A DNA stretch of 64,000 bases from NCBI RefSeq assembly GCF_006345805.1, contig NC_043001.1, positions 67,518,001-67,582,000 on the forward strand, written 5' to 3'. The first letter of the stretch is position 1, and each line of letters starts with the position of its first letter. This document shows positions 1-11,293 of the stretch, piece by piece. The notes under the pieces are model-generated. The model saw nothing but the letters and a program-made list of their open reading frames with translations. It had not been told where the DNA came from and did not search any database. A program made the translations under genes and the position numbers. The stretch is from Octopus sinensis (lineage: Eukaryota).

Positions 1-323
1 TCAATGAATCTGTATTTTTACACGAAGTATCAGATGAAAGTTGAAACCTGTTAGGTGTCTGTCTGTTTGTCTGTTTCTCTGTTGACTGTTTCCCTGTCTC
101 TGTATGTGTGTGTATGGTGTTGTATTTTAGGAGGGACATTCTGCCAACAAAAACTCTCACACAATAGTTACAGTGCTATTAATTAATTAATTAATTAATC
201 AATTAACAAAGTAATTTAACATTAGTTTTTTGGGGGTTTTTTGTATTAACAAAATGACCCTCCTAAGGTATAATAACAATATCACTTTTATCACAGAGTT
301 TAACATCAAGAATATTGAAAATG

Positions 324-364
<41 letters not shown>

Positions 365-392
365 AAAAAAGCAACAAGAATGGATTAAAATA

Positions 393-476
393 TCGGTACA
401 ATTGTTTCGTACGAGGACATCTTTAATAAGCTACAAAAAATGCAATAAATATAGATGGCTCGTACTCGTCAGCCGA
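393..476 (-). ncRNA. Type I hammerhead ribozyme (family A, complete copy)
   Basis: The minus strand reads TCGG-CTGACGA-GTACGAG...CTCGTAC-GAAAC-AATT-GTA-CCGA. This gives an intact core, a 7-bp stem II closed by G-C, a palindromic stem III (ACAATTGT), a GUA triplet and a 4-bp stem I (TCGG/CCGA). Confidence 0.65.
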
Positions 477-936
477 AAAAACATCAGAGATTCCCAAACA
501 TCAAAAGGGGTAGATACAAATGAGGGTGTGAGTTTAACTGCATTGAAGAAAGTTCGATTCCTGGAGATCCTATGAAAGGTCTTGAACTTACAGAATTTAT
601 GCATGTCCATATATAGTTCATATTGAATTGTTAATCAAGTTATGTGAAGAAATTCTGGATACAACCGTGCGAAATTTCCAAGAATCCTCGCAAGAAGCAA
701 AGTGACAATCTTATTGTGTAGAGGAACAGATTGTTATTGAAATTTACAAGAATCACAGAGAAGTTCGATTCCTGGAGATCCGATGAAAGGTCTTGAACTT
801 ACAGAATATGTGCATGTGCATATATAGTTCATAGTGAATTGTTAATCAAGTTATGTGAAGAAATTTTGGATACAATCATGCGAAATTTCTGAGAATCCGA
901 GTAAGAAGCAAAGTGACAGTCATATCCTGTCGAGTA

Positions 937-1016
937 CTGACGAGTACGAGCCATCTATATTTACTGCATTTTTTGTAGCTTATTAAAGATGTCCTCGTAC
1001 GAAACAATTGTACCGA
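937..1016 (+). ncRNA. Hammerhead ribozyme, inverted copy lacking the 5' strand of stem I
   Basis: CTGACGA at 937-943, GTACGAG/CTCGTAC stem II, GAAAC at 1001-1005, GTA at 1010-1012. The upstream bases (AGTA) do not pair with CCGA. Confidence 0.45.
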
Positions 1017-1166
1017 TATTTTAATCCATTCTTGTTGCTTTTTTCCTATTTGTAATCACCCCATTTGTCGTATGGTTAACACCATATAGATTTCCGGTGC
1101 ATCCTAGTTAAGGACCCTATTCATGTGAATTCATTAGAATTCACTTGAATCTCAATTACTTAAACC

Positions 1167-1205
<39 letters not shown>

Positions 1206-1214
1206 GGATCACAG

Positions 1215-1420
1215 ATCCTCCCCAAGTCATAAGGTTCATAAGGCCGATTTCCTGAATTCTGTGGCATACATTTTCCTCACTGAGTTACTCATTTTTGCCA
1301 ATTGAGTGGACTGGAAAAATGTGAAATGAAGTGTTTTGCTTGAGAACACCTGGTTCAGGAATTGAAACCACAACCTTATGTTCATGAGTGCAACAATCTA
1401 ACCACTAAGCAATGCACCTA
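1215..1420 (-). mobile_element. tRNA-derived SINE, degenerate
   Basis: The reverse complement has a tRNA-like head (GCTTAGTGGTTAGATTGTTGCACTC...GGTTTCAATTCCTGAACC). Confidence 0.55.
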
Positions 1421-1759
1421 ACTTTGCTTTCCCAATCAACTCATTTTTTGCAAAAAGACTTCCCAACAGCAATAATACTGCATCTCTGTCTGTTTGAAAT
1501 TCAATTTCTTAAGCCTGTAGAACCACTAAATGATAATGACTTTTGGAAACTTTGTTTTATTCCACTAAAGTACAGAGAGAAAATAACACCATATATAAAG
1601 CCTATACTGAATTGACTGAGAGCAAATTTGAGATATGTTTTACTAGACTATGCACTCCTATAGGTATTGAGAGAAGTGACTTTCAACACTTTTTCCAAGT
1701 ACATTTGAGTTTTGAAAGAAACTGGCTGCATTTAAAATAAAATAAAACATTTTATATGT

Positions 1760-2135
1760 GCAAGTACTGTGTGGTAAGAAGCTTGCTTCCTAACCACATG
1801 GTTCCAGGTTTAGTCCTCTGTATGGCATCTTGGGCAGGTATCTTCCACTATAGCCTCGGGCCAACCAAAGCCTTGTGAATGGCTCTGGCAGATGGAAACT
1901 AAAAGAAGCCTGTTGTATACATGTGTGTGTTTGTGTCTTTGTCCCCCAACACCACTTGACAACCAGTGTTGTTGTTTTTATGTCCCTGTAACTTAGCAGT
2001 TTAGCAAAAGAGACTGATAGAGTAAGTACCACGTTTTACTAAAAAAATCATCATTATTGGGGTCAATAATTTTGATTAAAATTCTTCAAGGTGGTGACCC
2101 AGCATTGTCGCAGACTGAAACAAGTAAAAGATAAC
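1760..2135 (+). mobile_element. tRNA-derived SINE, abundant family, degenerate copy
   Basis: Alignable by eye to the copies at 10544, 14608 and 46053 (GTGTGGTAAGAAGCTTGCTTCC...CTTGGGCAGG...GATGGAAACT...GACTGAAACAAGTAAAAG). Confidence 0.75.
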
Positions 2136-2891
2136 CAAATGATGTACCTACCAACCTGGTTTCTGTCTCTCAGAGACTTATATTCTAATCTGTGTTTAAG
2201 TAAAAAAAACTTTGTATTTTATTTCAACATACCTTAAATTAAAGATCTCAACTAATAAGTTTCTGCAGGTATGCTTCTAAGTATTTGCTTTGTAATTTTC
2301 TTCATTACCCCCCCCCCAACCACCTACAACCAACAATCTGTTTGAACTTCTTCAAGAAAACTGTCTTAATGCTGCTATATTTTGACCACTCCTTGACTTA
2401 CCACATTGAAGATTTTTAATTAACTTTTAGGCATTTCAGTTGTCTCTCTACACTGCTTGGATAAACCACACATGCTCATTTCACATTCTAATGATATTTT
2501 TTAATATATATTGTTTTTTTTAAAATTCCTCCACTCTTCAACCTTTGCTTACTTTCTTTTTTTCACATTTCTATACTTAAATATTGTCTTTTTATTGTAT
2601 TGTTTATATTTTCAGTATATGTATTCTCACCAATTGTTAATCTATTCTCCTCTTTTATCAGTTCTATTTAATCGACAGATTTTATACTTTTTTGCATATT
2701 TATATTATGTACAACAGTTATATGGTAAACTAAGAATTTTTTGCCCTAATAAGTCTATCCAATCAAAACTTTTGTAAATATTCAAATATTTTCACTGCAT
2801 CTCTATTACACATCTGTCTCATGTTCCATTCTTCATGATCATCGAAAGACTGGAAACAAGAAGCTTAGTCATGCTCAAACAGTTACACCCA

Positions 2892-2930
<39 letters not shown>

Positions 2931-3019
2931 ACACACATACACACACACACGCACAAATCTATGTGTGTGCGTGTGCGTGCACCCATGTGAATGTATGTGT
3001 GTATACATTATACATATTT

Positions 3020-3240
3020 TGTTGTAATGGCCAGTGCTAGTGACACGTGAAAGGCATCTGTGCCAGTGACATGTAAAAGGCACTTGTGCTGGTGACACAT
3101 AAAAGACACCCTGTCCACTCTGTGGAGTGGTTGGTGTTAAACAGACTGGTACCTGGTGCAGCTCTCCAGCTTTTCAGCTTCAGTCAAATCATCTAATCCA
3201 TGCCAGCATAGAAAACAGACATTAAATGATGATGATGATA
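3020..3240 (+). mobile_element. RTE LINE 3' UTR fragment with (GAT)n tail
   Basis: Shares the terminal CCATGCCAGCAT-GAAAACAGAC-TTAAATGATGATG motif with the LINE at 49979-52006. Confidence 0.6.
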
Positions 3241-4602
3241 CATAGATACACACACGCATAAACACACACATGCATACACATACGCATGCACACACTTAAA
3301 TATTTACACGAACACACCCTTATACATATACATATATATATTTATACATATACACACATACTTACACTCATATAGGTTAGGCTTTGAGAGTTCCCTTTCC
3401 TTCTAACTTTCATAACAGGAAGACAACCTGGCGTACAAGGAGGAGAGTACAAGAGCTCACTTTGTTTTCTTGGTTAAATAATGTGTTTTAAGTAGATAAT
3501 AAATAAATATATAAATAGAATATGTGTTTACAACTAATTCACTATCAAACCAAGCAAGCATCTACAATTAGATTGTAATTAACAAAGCATAAAACCAAGA
3601 AAGTTCAACAATGAACATAGAATATTGAGATTAGAAGTAATGTTCTGCATGTATGCTGTCTTCCAGAACATTTTTAATTTTTAAAAATTATGAATTAAAT
3701 ATGAAAACAATTAATTTAAAACAACACAAAATAGAGAATAAAATGCAATTAAAATGTAACTCTTAAAAATATAAACAAAAAAAATTAGAAAATTTTAGAA
3801 ATCGAAAGAAAACTATTTTTCATTGAAATCCGATTAGAAACAGTAAAAAAAATTCTTAAAAGTTAGTAAAGAGAGAAGAATATTAAAAATATGGAGTAAT
3901 TCCATGTGTTCTTCAAGTCTAACCTAAGATTTAGTCTCATCATAGTTGTTGTTGTTCTTTTGTCTGATATCTGCAGATTTGTTGTGAAAGGAGTTACAGT
4001 CAAAGCCATTCCATCTTTTATTATTCAAAATGAGAGGAATAATAGGGTTGGTTTTTGAGTCATGTTATTGCTATTGTTCCTGCCATGGTAGCCATAGAAT
4101 TGTAATTAAATAAAATTTTGTCCTACCTTTAAAAGTACATACATTGGTTCTGTTAGTCACTGAACTCGTGTAAAGTGGAAGAGATACATTTTTAATCATA
4201 CTATTAAAGATAAAAGAAACACAAAAGTTATGGCCTATAAGAATTGCACTGTCCCTGCTGTAAGGCTTTACTTCCACACACACCAACTTGCTCGTAATTT
4301 AATTCATCCTTAGTTGAAAGACACCTGTTGTTAATGTCCTGTTATTTGTATTTGTGTACCATTTCTACGTATTTTTCTGTCCTTGTTTTCATATACATTC
4401 GTTGCTTTCTTCCAAGGAATCCAGTGCTCTTAGCTTAGTTTTTCCTTGGGGCTGGCCAGAATGAAGCAATCTTGAGTATAACCAACTGAAATTGCAAAGA
4501 TAATTTGGAACTCAACTGAGGAAAGAAAACTCCGAATGACTTGTCCTTATTTCCTTTGTATCGTCTCTCTGGATGTTTTGTTGTCCTTTTTTTATAATTT
4601 AT

Positions 4603-4658
<56 letters not shown>

Positions 4659-5073
4659 TGCATTTACTTATACAAACAGGGCCAGCCTTAGGAGGTGCTG
4701 AATCCCATTGGGAACGATTTTGGTTGGCCCAAGGTCCCCAATCAACTTGCACCTCAGAAATTCCCTCCCCTGGAGTTTTTTTTCCTCCTCGTTTTGTTTT
4801 CAGGTGCTATCAACTAATCTCACCTCCTAATATACTGCAGAGGATTTTTTTCTCTTTTGCGGCATATTAGGTGATCAGAATAGTGGTTGTTTTGTGATCA
4901 GAACAGTGGCTGCTATTTCTAGCATACTAAACAGCCACGCTAAGGACAGGCTGCTTTTTAGTTAATTTAAAACAAAGTATAATGTGTGTGTGTGTGTGTG
5001 TGTGAATATATATATATGTATGCATGCGTGTGCATATGATGTATATGTGTGTGTGTGTATATATATATATATA

Positions 5074-5670
5074 GGAAGACCTGGGATGAAGTGGTGAAGC
5101 ACGACCTTCGAACATTAGGCCTCACCAAAGCAATGACTAGTGACCAAGACTTTTGGAAATATGCTGTGCTTGAGAAAACCCGGCAAGCCAAATGAGACTA
5201 TAACCTCGCAGCCTATGCCAGGGGTGTAACCAGCCCACTTATGTGTACCTTTCCTTCATTGGACACTAAACTCTGCTTGCGAAGACCTGTTGAGGCAAGT
5301 GAAAGAGAAATCAAATTTGATGACTGGCATCCGTGCTAGTGGAATGCTAAGAGCACCATCCGAGCATGATCATTGCCAGAGTGGCTAACTGGCTTCCATG
5401 TCAGTGGCACGTAAAAAGCACCATTTGAGCGTGGCAGTTGCTGGTACTGCCTGACTGACCCTCGTGCCAGTGGCACGTAAAAGCACCCTCTACACTCTCG
5501 GAGTGGTTGGCATTAGAAAGGGCATCCAGCTGTAGAAACTCTGTCAGATCAAGATTGGAGCCTGGTGCAGCCATCTGGTTCACCAGTCCTCAGTCAAATC
5601 GTCCCACCCATGCTAGCATCGAAAGCGGACGTTAAACGATGATGATGATGATGATGATGATGATGATATA
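5074..5670 (+). mobile_element. 5'-truncated RTE-clade LINE (ORF C-terminus, 3' UTR, (GAT)n tail)
   Basis: Translates RKTWDEVVKHDLRTLGLTKAMTSDQDFWKYAV, the typical RTE C-terminus. It is followed by GGCACGTAAAAAGCACC repeats and GTTAAACGATGATGAT. Confidence 0.8.
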
Positions 5671-5873
5671 TAAGCATATATATACAATGCATTTATATAT
5701 ATGTATATATATATGCATGATATATATGTATATATATGCATATATGGGTACAGGACGTCACCAATGGTGCAAATAAAATGAAATACATAAAGAAACGAGT
5801 TAAATACGAGGAAAAAATGGTAAACAGGACAAGTAAACACGGAGAAAGGACCCTTCATCACGTATCTGCTGTC

Positions 5874-6287
5874 TGTAGCGATGCTACTGTGTAGGGTTCA
5901 GCGCGCATGCGCAGAATGGGACTACTTCCGGGTGGCCACCGGAAGTCTTCCCCATGCGCATGTGCGGGAAACGTTCCCTTAGGCCCGCCAAACTCAAATC
6001 CTCCTCTCTGGCAAGTCAGCCAACGCGATCGGATGTACATTTCACAGGCTCTGATAACCTCACCGACTTAGCCGCCAACGACCATCGAACCTCTTCACCA
6101 AACGAACAAGAAGCTGTACATCAGAGGCTGTCCTTCTCCCATCAGACACATGTACGCCATCGCAATAAATAAACGAACTGCTGTCTTTTACCTACAACCT
6201 GACTTCGTCTGTATTGTCTTACAAAAATTGTATGTGACTGGATCGGATCGACACCCTTTCAGTGAATCGATAACAGATCCTGTTACA
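5874..6287 (+). mobile_element. Solo LTR, 414 bp
   Basis: Termini are TGTA...TACA with a 4-bp TSD TGTC (5870-5873 and 6288-6291). There is an internal AATAAATAAA, and it is CpG-rich compared with the flanks. A 4-bp TSD is consistent with Gypsy/Ty3. Confidence 0.75.
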
Positions 6288-6751
6288 TGTCTATCTACTA
6301 CTTGTTTCAAGCATTCAATGACAATATGTATCTTCAAAGACAGTTGCTCCCATAAATTCTAAAATAAAATTTAGGATTTATGGAGGGTCAAGATTGGGAG
6401 CAAAAATATAACAGTGGAGACATACAAGGAAACCGAACAAAAACAAACATGGAGGGTCATTAGATCAGAATACAAGGAAAATAGTGAACACTGGGAAATC
6501 ATTTTTTTGAGAAGAGAAAAGATAGAAGAGAGAAAGTAAAAAACATGTCTGCTCTTTCGAACGTCCATGCAGGAAAAGAGGGAGGGGGATTAAAAAGGAA
6601 TTAGAGAAGGAATAAAACAGTATAGAGTAGAGAGTCGCATCAAAAAGGTGAAGGTAAACTTACTTGGAAATGGATGCGTTGCGTTCACTTAAATAATATA
6701 TAATATAAATACACATACATACATGCATGCATGCATACATACATACATACA

Positions 6752-6798
<47 letters not shown>

Positions 6799-6825
6799 GA
6801 TGATGATATATATATAATATCTATT

Positions 6826-7147
6826 ATATGGTGGCACGTAAAAGCACCATCCGTTCGTGTCCGTTGCCAGCCTCGCCTGGCCCCCGTGCCGGTGACACGT
6901 AAACGCACCATCCGTTCGTGGCCGTTTGCCAGCTCTGTCTGGCACCTGTGTGGGTGGCACGTAAAAAGCACCCACTACACTCACGGAGTGGTTGGCATTA
7001 GGAAGGGCATCCAGCCGTAGAAACACTGCCAGATTTGACTGGGCCTGATGAAGCCTTCCAGCTTCACAGACCCCAGTTGAACCGTCCAACCCATGCTAGC
7101 ATGGAAAACGGACGCTAAATGATGATGATGATGATGATGATGATGAT
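6826..7147 (+). mobile_element. RTE LINE 3' UTR fragment with (GAT)n tail
   Basis: Three GGCACGTAAAAGCACC-type units, then GGAGTGGTTGGCATTAGGAAGGGCATCCAGC and a (GAT)n tail. Confidence 0.75.
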
Positions 7148-7238
7148 CTATTAGAAAAAATAAGGTACTCCGAAATCTGGGGGGATGTACATTTACAGAT
7201 TTTTATTAATATGTCACATGTTTTTATAAATCATATAT

Positions 7239-7306
7239 AAAATATGGAACGCTTGGCCCCTGTGCAAGGATGACACACAAATTCGTGAAGTGTTCCATAT
7301 GTTTTT
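7239..7306 (+). pseudogene. U6 snRNA pseudogene fragment (3' half)
   Basis: 7254-7300 TGGCCCCTGTGCAAGGATGACACACAAATTCGTGAAGTGTTCCATAT matches the conserved U6 3' half with 3 transition changes and is followed by a T-run. The ACAGAGA box is absent. Confidence 0.85.
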
Positions 7307-7337
7307 GTTTTTGTTTTGTTTTTTTTTTTGTTTTTTC

Positions 7338-7545
7338 CAGTTTCAGCTCTTGAGCTGTGGCCATGCTGGGGCACCGCCATCGTGGTGAAAGAGTACAGCA
7401 GGGATCACCACCCCCTGCCGGAGCCTCGTAGAGCTTTTTTAGGTGTTTTCGCTCAATAAACACACACAACGCCCGGTCTGAGAATCGAAACCGCGATCCT
7501 GCGACCGCGAGTCCGCTGCCCTAACCACTGGGCCATTGCGCCTCT
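7338..7545 (-). mobile_element. tRNA-derived SINE, young CpG-rich copy
   Basis: The reverse complement begins GAGGCGCAATGGCCCAGTGGTTAGGGCAGCGGACTCGCGGTCGCAGGATCGCGGTTTCGATTC, with Pol III A-box and B-box. Confidence 0.75.
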
Positions 7546-7836
7546 ACTTATTTATTCACATCGCCTCTAATTATTCAAGCATTATCTGGTAGCTTTAAGA
7601 TTTCACTGACATGATTGTACAAACAAAGACAGACAAAGGGACTAAATCGATTACATCGACCCCAGTACTTAACTGGTACTTATTTAATCGACCCCCGAAA
7701 GGATTTTTATATATGATTTATAAAAACATGACATTAATAAAAATCTGTAAATGTACAACCATCCAGATTTCTAAGTACCTTATTTTATCTAATATATAAT
7801 ACCTGTTCATCACCTCCAAACCGTCTAATATATATA

Positions 7837-8661
7837 TCTATATATATAAAACTCAACTTGTGTGTCTGTGTGTGTATCTGTGTGTGTGTCTGTGTGTTTA
7901 ACTTCCTGGCACATCTCCTCCTAGCCAACAAATCGTAGAACCACCAAAAATGGGTCACTTAAAGTTTAGGCGAATGAAAATTGAGCTGCGCTATTTCTGT
8001 TCTGAAATTCATCTCGCAAGTGCAAAAATCGATAATGTGTTTGTTTAAGCCTTATCACATGCATTGAATAGTGAACTTTACTCAGTCAGCTGTTTGAATT
8101 GAACTTTGTTCACCACGCGTGCAAGAATGCGTAAATTGCATGAAAAATAAAAAATCAAGATATAAAAACGAATCGCCGTAAACATTGTAGAAATTCGGCA
8201 AAGAAATGAATTTTCGGGATGTAGCCTGGATGGTTTTTTCATATTAATCGTTTGGACTTTGTGAACACATACCAATTGTTTCCATAACATTTTTAACGCT
8301 TTGAATTAAATGTGATCATTTTGCGTTGAGTCTGCAGTTTGAATCACTTTAACCAAATTTTCGCAGGCTGGATTTTTGATCATCATGATACATCGCCAGT
8401 GACTCGCGGAAACTCTCCCCTGAAATCCCCGTTGAGAAATACTGATCTAAAAGAATAATTCAACAATGCAATTATTTGATCAACAAAAATTTATGAAATG
8501 CTTCTATATACTTCCTATTGAGGAAATGGAACACATAAGCACAAATATATTGATTGATTTTAAAACCAAAATAATTGAATTTTGATTGAACTTCATCCAA
8601 GTTTAGCTTAATTCGCGCATGCATAGCGCGCACGAGTGCACGAGCCGGGCAATACTGCTAG
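7837..8661 (+). mobile_element. Non-autonomous Helitron, ~825 bp
   Basis: 5' end A|TCTATATATATAAAA and 3' end CTAG|T, preceded by GC-rich palindromic sequence (CGCGCATGCATAGCGCG, GCACGAGTGC). No TSD. Confidence 0.65.
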
Positions 8662-10260
8662 TATATATATATATATATAAATATATATGCATGTATATGC
8701 AGGATATCAGTGTGTAGTTAGTAGTTGATTTAATATCATTCATCTAAGATTTATAGAAGACAGTTTGCTATAGTTCTTGTGGCTGACTTACAACAGTTCC
8801 AATATGGTGATTAAGAAGCACACACTGACATCATAGAATGTCTTTGTCATCTCTATCGTCATCATCATTTTAACACTCACTTTTCCATGCTTCTATAGGT
8901 CAGATGGAACTAATTGTGGCAGATTTTCCAAGAACAGATGTCATTCCTGTCACCAACAGGTTTCTAAGTAAGAAAATATTTCCCCATGGCCAAACATGTT
9001 TTCATAAAATATTAGAAATAAATGGCATTCATTGACAACAATCATGCAAAGTCAAGATAAAGATACACAAACACATATGCACATAATGAGTTCCTATCAG
9101 TTTCCATCTACCAAATCCTCTCACAAGGCTTTGGTTGGCTCAAAGCTATAGTAAAATCGACTTGCCCAAGATGCCATACCATGAGACCAAAACTGTGTGG
9201 TTGGGAAGCTAACTTCTGAAAAATACAATCACGTCTGCAGCTTCTAAATAAAGGAACCTAATATAGTGATAAGGAAACTCACTCTTATGACATAGAGTGT
9301 CTTCTACATATAGAAGATACACAATTAAATTGTTATAGTCATTTATGTAGAAAGTATTGGAGAAGGATATGAATAGGATAGGAGGTACTTATAGATTGAC
9401 AGATTACCTATCAAGCAGATCATCATCATCATTTAACATCCGTTTTTCCATGTTGGCTTAGAAGTGAGGATTAGTATTGAGGGTTGTTGTCTTTGTGCCA
9501 ATTGAGAGATTTCCGGTATAGAGGGACAGAAATAAGTATCTTGCTTTAGAGAAGATACATGATACCCCAGTTGGAAAAGAAAGGAGAGTGAATTAGTAAG
9601 ATAAAGAGAGCAGATGAATCAGAGAGTAAGGCACAGAAAGTGATAGTGAGACAGTTGGTGACTGTATTGGGACATATCCTAGAGGAACATTTGGGGTGGG
9701 GTGAGAATAAGTGAGATGGTGCAGAGGTTTGGATTAGATGAGTGAGAAACAATGTATTGTTTGGTTTTGTTTTTAACATTGTCTTTGATTTTCTTCTTTG
9801 GTTGACCAACAAGACATTATCCCATTTGACAATGGATTTTATTTCCACCATATTGTTTATATAACCAGAGAGGAAAGAACATTTGTTCAACAAATAAGGA
9901 GGCCATTAAAATTAAACTTCTGGAATGTGCCTTGTCCATATAATTGTGTGCGTGTGTGCATGTGTGTGTGTTCACATACATATATACACATACATACACA
10001 CACATGCATGCACACACACACACAGGGCTGGCTTTAGGAGGTATGGGGCCCAATTAGGTGAGAGGGTTCACCCTACTCCACCCACAACTGATTTCGTGGG
10101 AAAAATTATTTGCAGCATATTAGGAGATTAGATTAGTTGATAGCACAAGGTAAAAAAAAAAGAAACAACAAGAAAAAGCATTATTTCCCACCAAAATTGA
10201 GTTGGGTGTTAAACCAATTTACCAAAAATTTTCACCATCATTAAGTGAAACTATATTTAA

Positions 10261-10495
10261 ATGGCGGCGAGCTGGCAGAAATGTTAGCACGCCGAGCGAA
10301 ATGCGTGGCCGTATTTTGTCTGTCGTTACGTTTCGAGTTCAAATTCCGCCAAGGTCGACTTTGCCTTTCATCTTTTCGGGATTGATAAATTAAGTACCAG
10401 TTGAGCACTGGGGTCGATGTAATCGACTTAATCCGTTTGTCTGTCCTTGTTTGTCCCCTCTATGTTTAGCCCCTTGTGGGTAGTAAAGAAATCTA
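10261..10495 (+). mobile_element. tRNA-derived SINE with Deu/Nin-like central domain
   Basis: tRNA-like head, then GGTCGACTTTGCCTTTCATC...GATAAATTAAGTACCAG, which resembles the Deu/Nin domain. Related degenerate copies lie near 7620-7705, 12725-12960 and 16950-17145. Confidence 0.65.
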
Positions 10496-10543
10496 TATTT
10501 AAATGGCACTTTTTTAAAATATCCTGGCAAAAATTGGAAAGAA

Positions 10544-10945
10544 AGTGGCTGTGTGGTAAGTAGCTTGCTAACCAACCACATGGTTCAGTCCCACTGCGTG
10601 GCATCTTGGGCAAGTGTCTTCTACTATAGCCCCGGGCCGACCAATGCCTTGTGAGTGGATTTGGTAGACGGAAACTGAAAGAAGTCTGTCGTATATATGT
10701 ATATATATATGTATGTGTGTGTGTTTGTGTGTCTGTGTTTGTTCCCCTAACATTGCTTGACAACCGATGCTGGTGTGTTTACGTCCCCGTTACTTAGCGG
10801 TTCGGCATAAGAGACCGATAGAATAAGTACTGGGCTTACAAAAAGAATAAGTCCCAGGGTCGAGTTGCTCGACTAAAGGCGGTGCTCCAGCATGGCCGCA
10901 GTCAAATGACTGAAACAAGTAAATGAGTAAATGAGTAAATGAGTA
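10544..10945 (+). mobile_element. tRNA-derived SINE, near full length
   Basis: Head GTGGCTGTGTGGTAAG, a CORE-like CTTGGGCAAGT segment, an internal microsatellite and a (GAGTAAAT)n tail. Nearly identical to 14608-15027. Confidence 0.8.
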
Positions 10946-11262
10946 TGATCCCAAATAAACTTTTATCTGTTGCATGATGTTATGAGAGAAGAGATATACA
11001 TAAAAAGCAAATTAATAATTAGAATTTTTCAGAAGTTGGTTATATAATTTGCCTTATATTTTTTTTCTATAACCTCTATTGTAGAAAACATAGTCCTGTC
11101 TGCCTGTTTCTTACCTGTATGGTTCTGGATTTAGCCCCACTGTGTGACACCAAATGTCTCCTACTATAATCCTGTGTGTGTATATGGTGATGGGGCTGTG
11201 TTTGTGCTTGTCCAAAAACCTGAATGGGAGTCATTGCAAAGAAATTTTATTACATCTCCTTA

Positions 11263-11293
<31 letters not shown>

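Larger units (their letters stand above)
361..1167. mobile_element. Non-coding hammerhead-containing element with inverted arms (retrozyme / Penelope-like non-autonomous candidate, family A)
   Basis: 361-472 and 937-1048 are inverted repeats of 112 bp with 1 mismatch. There is an internal direct duplication with a 211-bp period (starts at 550 and 761), a hairpin GTGAATTC-ATTA-GAATTCAC at 1125-1144, and (TA)n tracts on both sides. Confidence 0.6.

Noticed and set aside
361-1048. Simple MITE with 112-bp TIRs
   Set aside because: The arms encode a hammerhead core and the right arm continues for about 120 bp to a TA tract. This fits an inverted retroelement structure better, although a MITE is not excluded.
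5750-6360. Hammerhead in the repeat interrupted by the solo LTR (minus strand TTTGAAGA...GAAAC...GTA)
   Set aside because: The core is non-canonical, stem II is weak and stem I is out of register.
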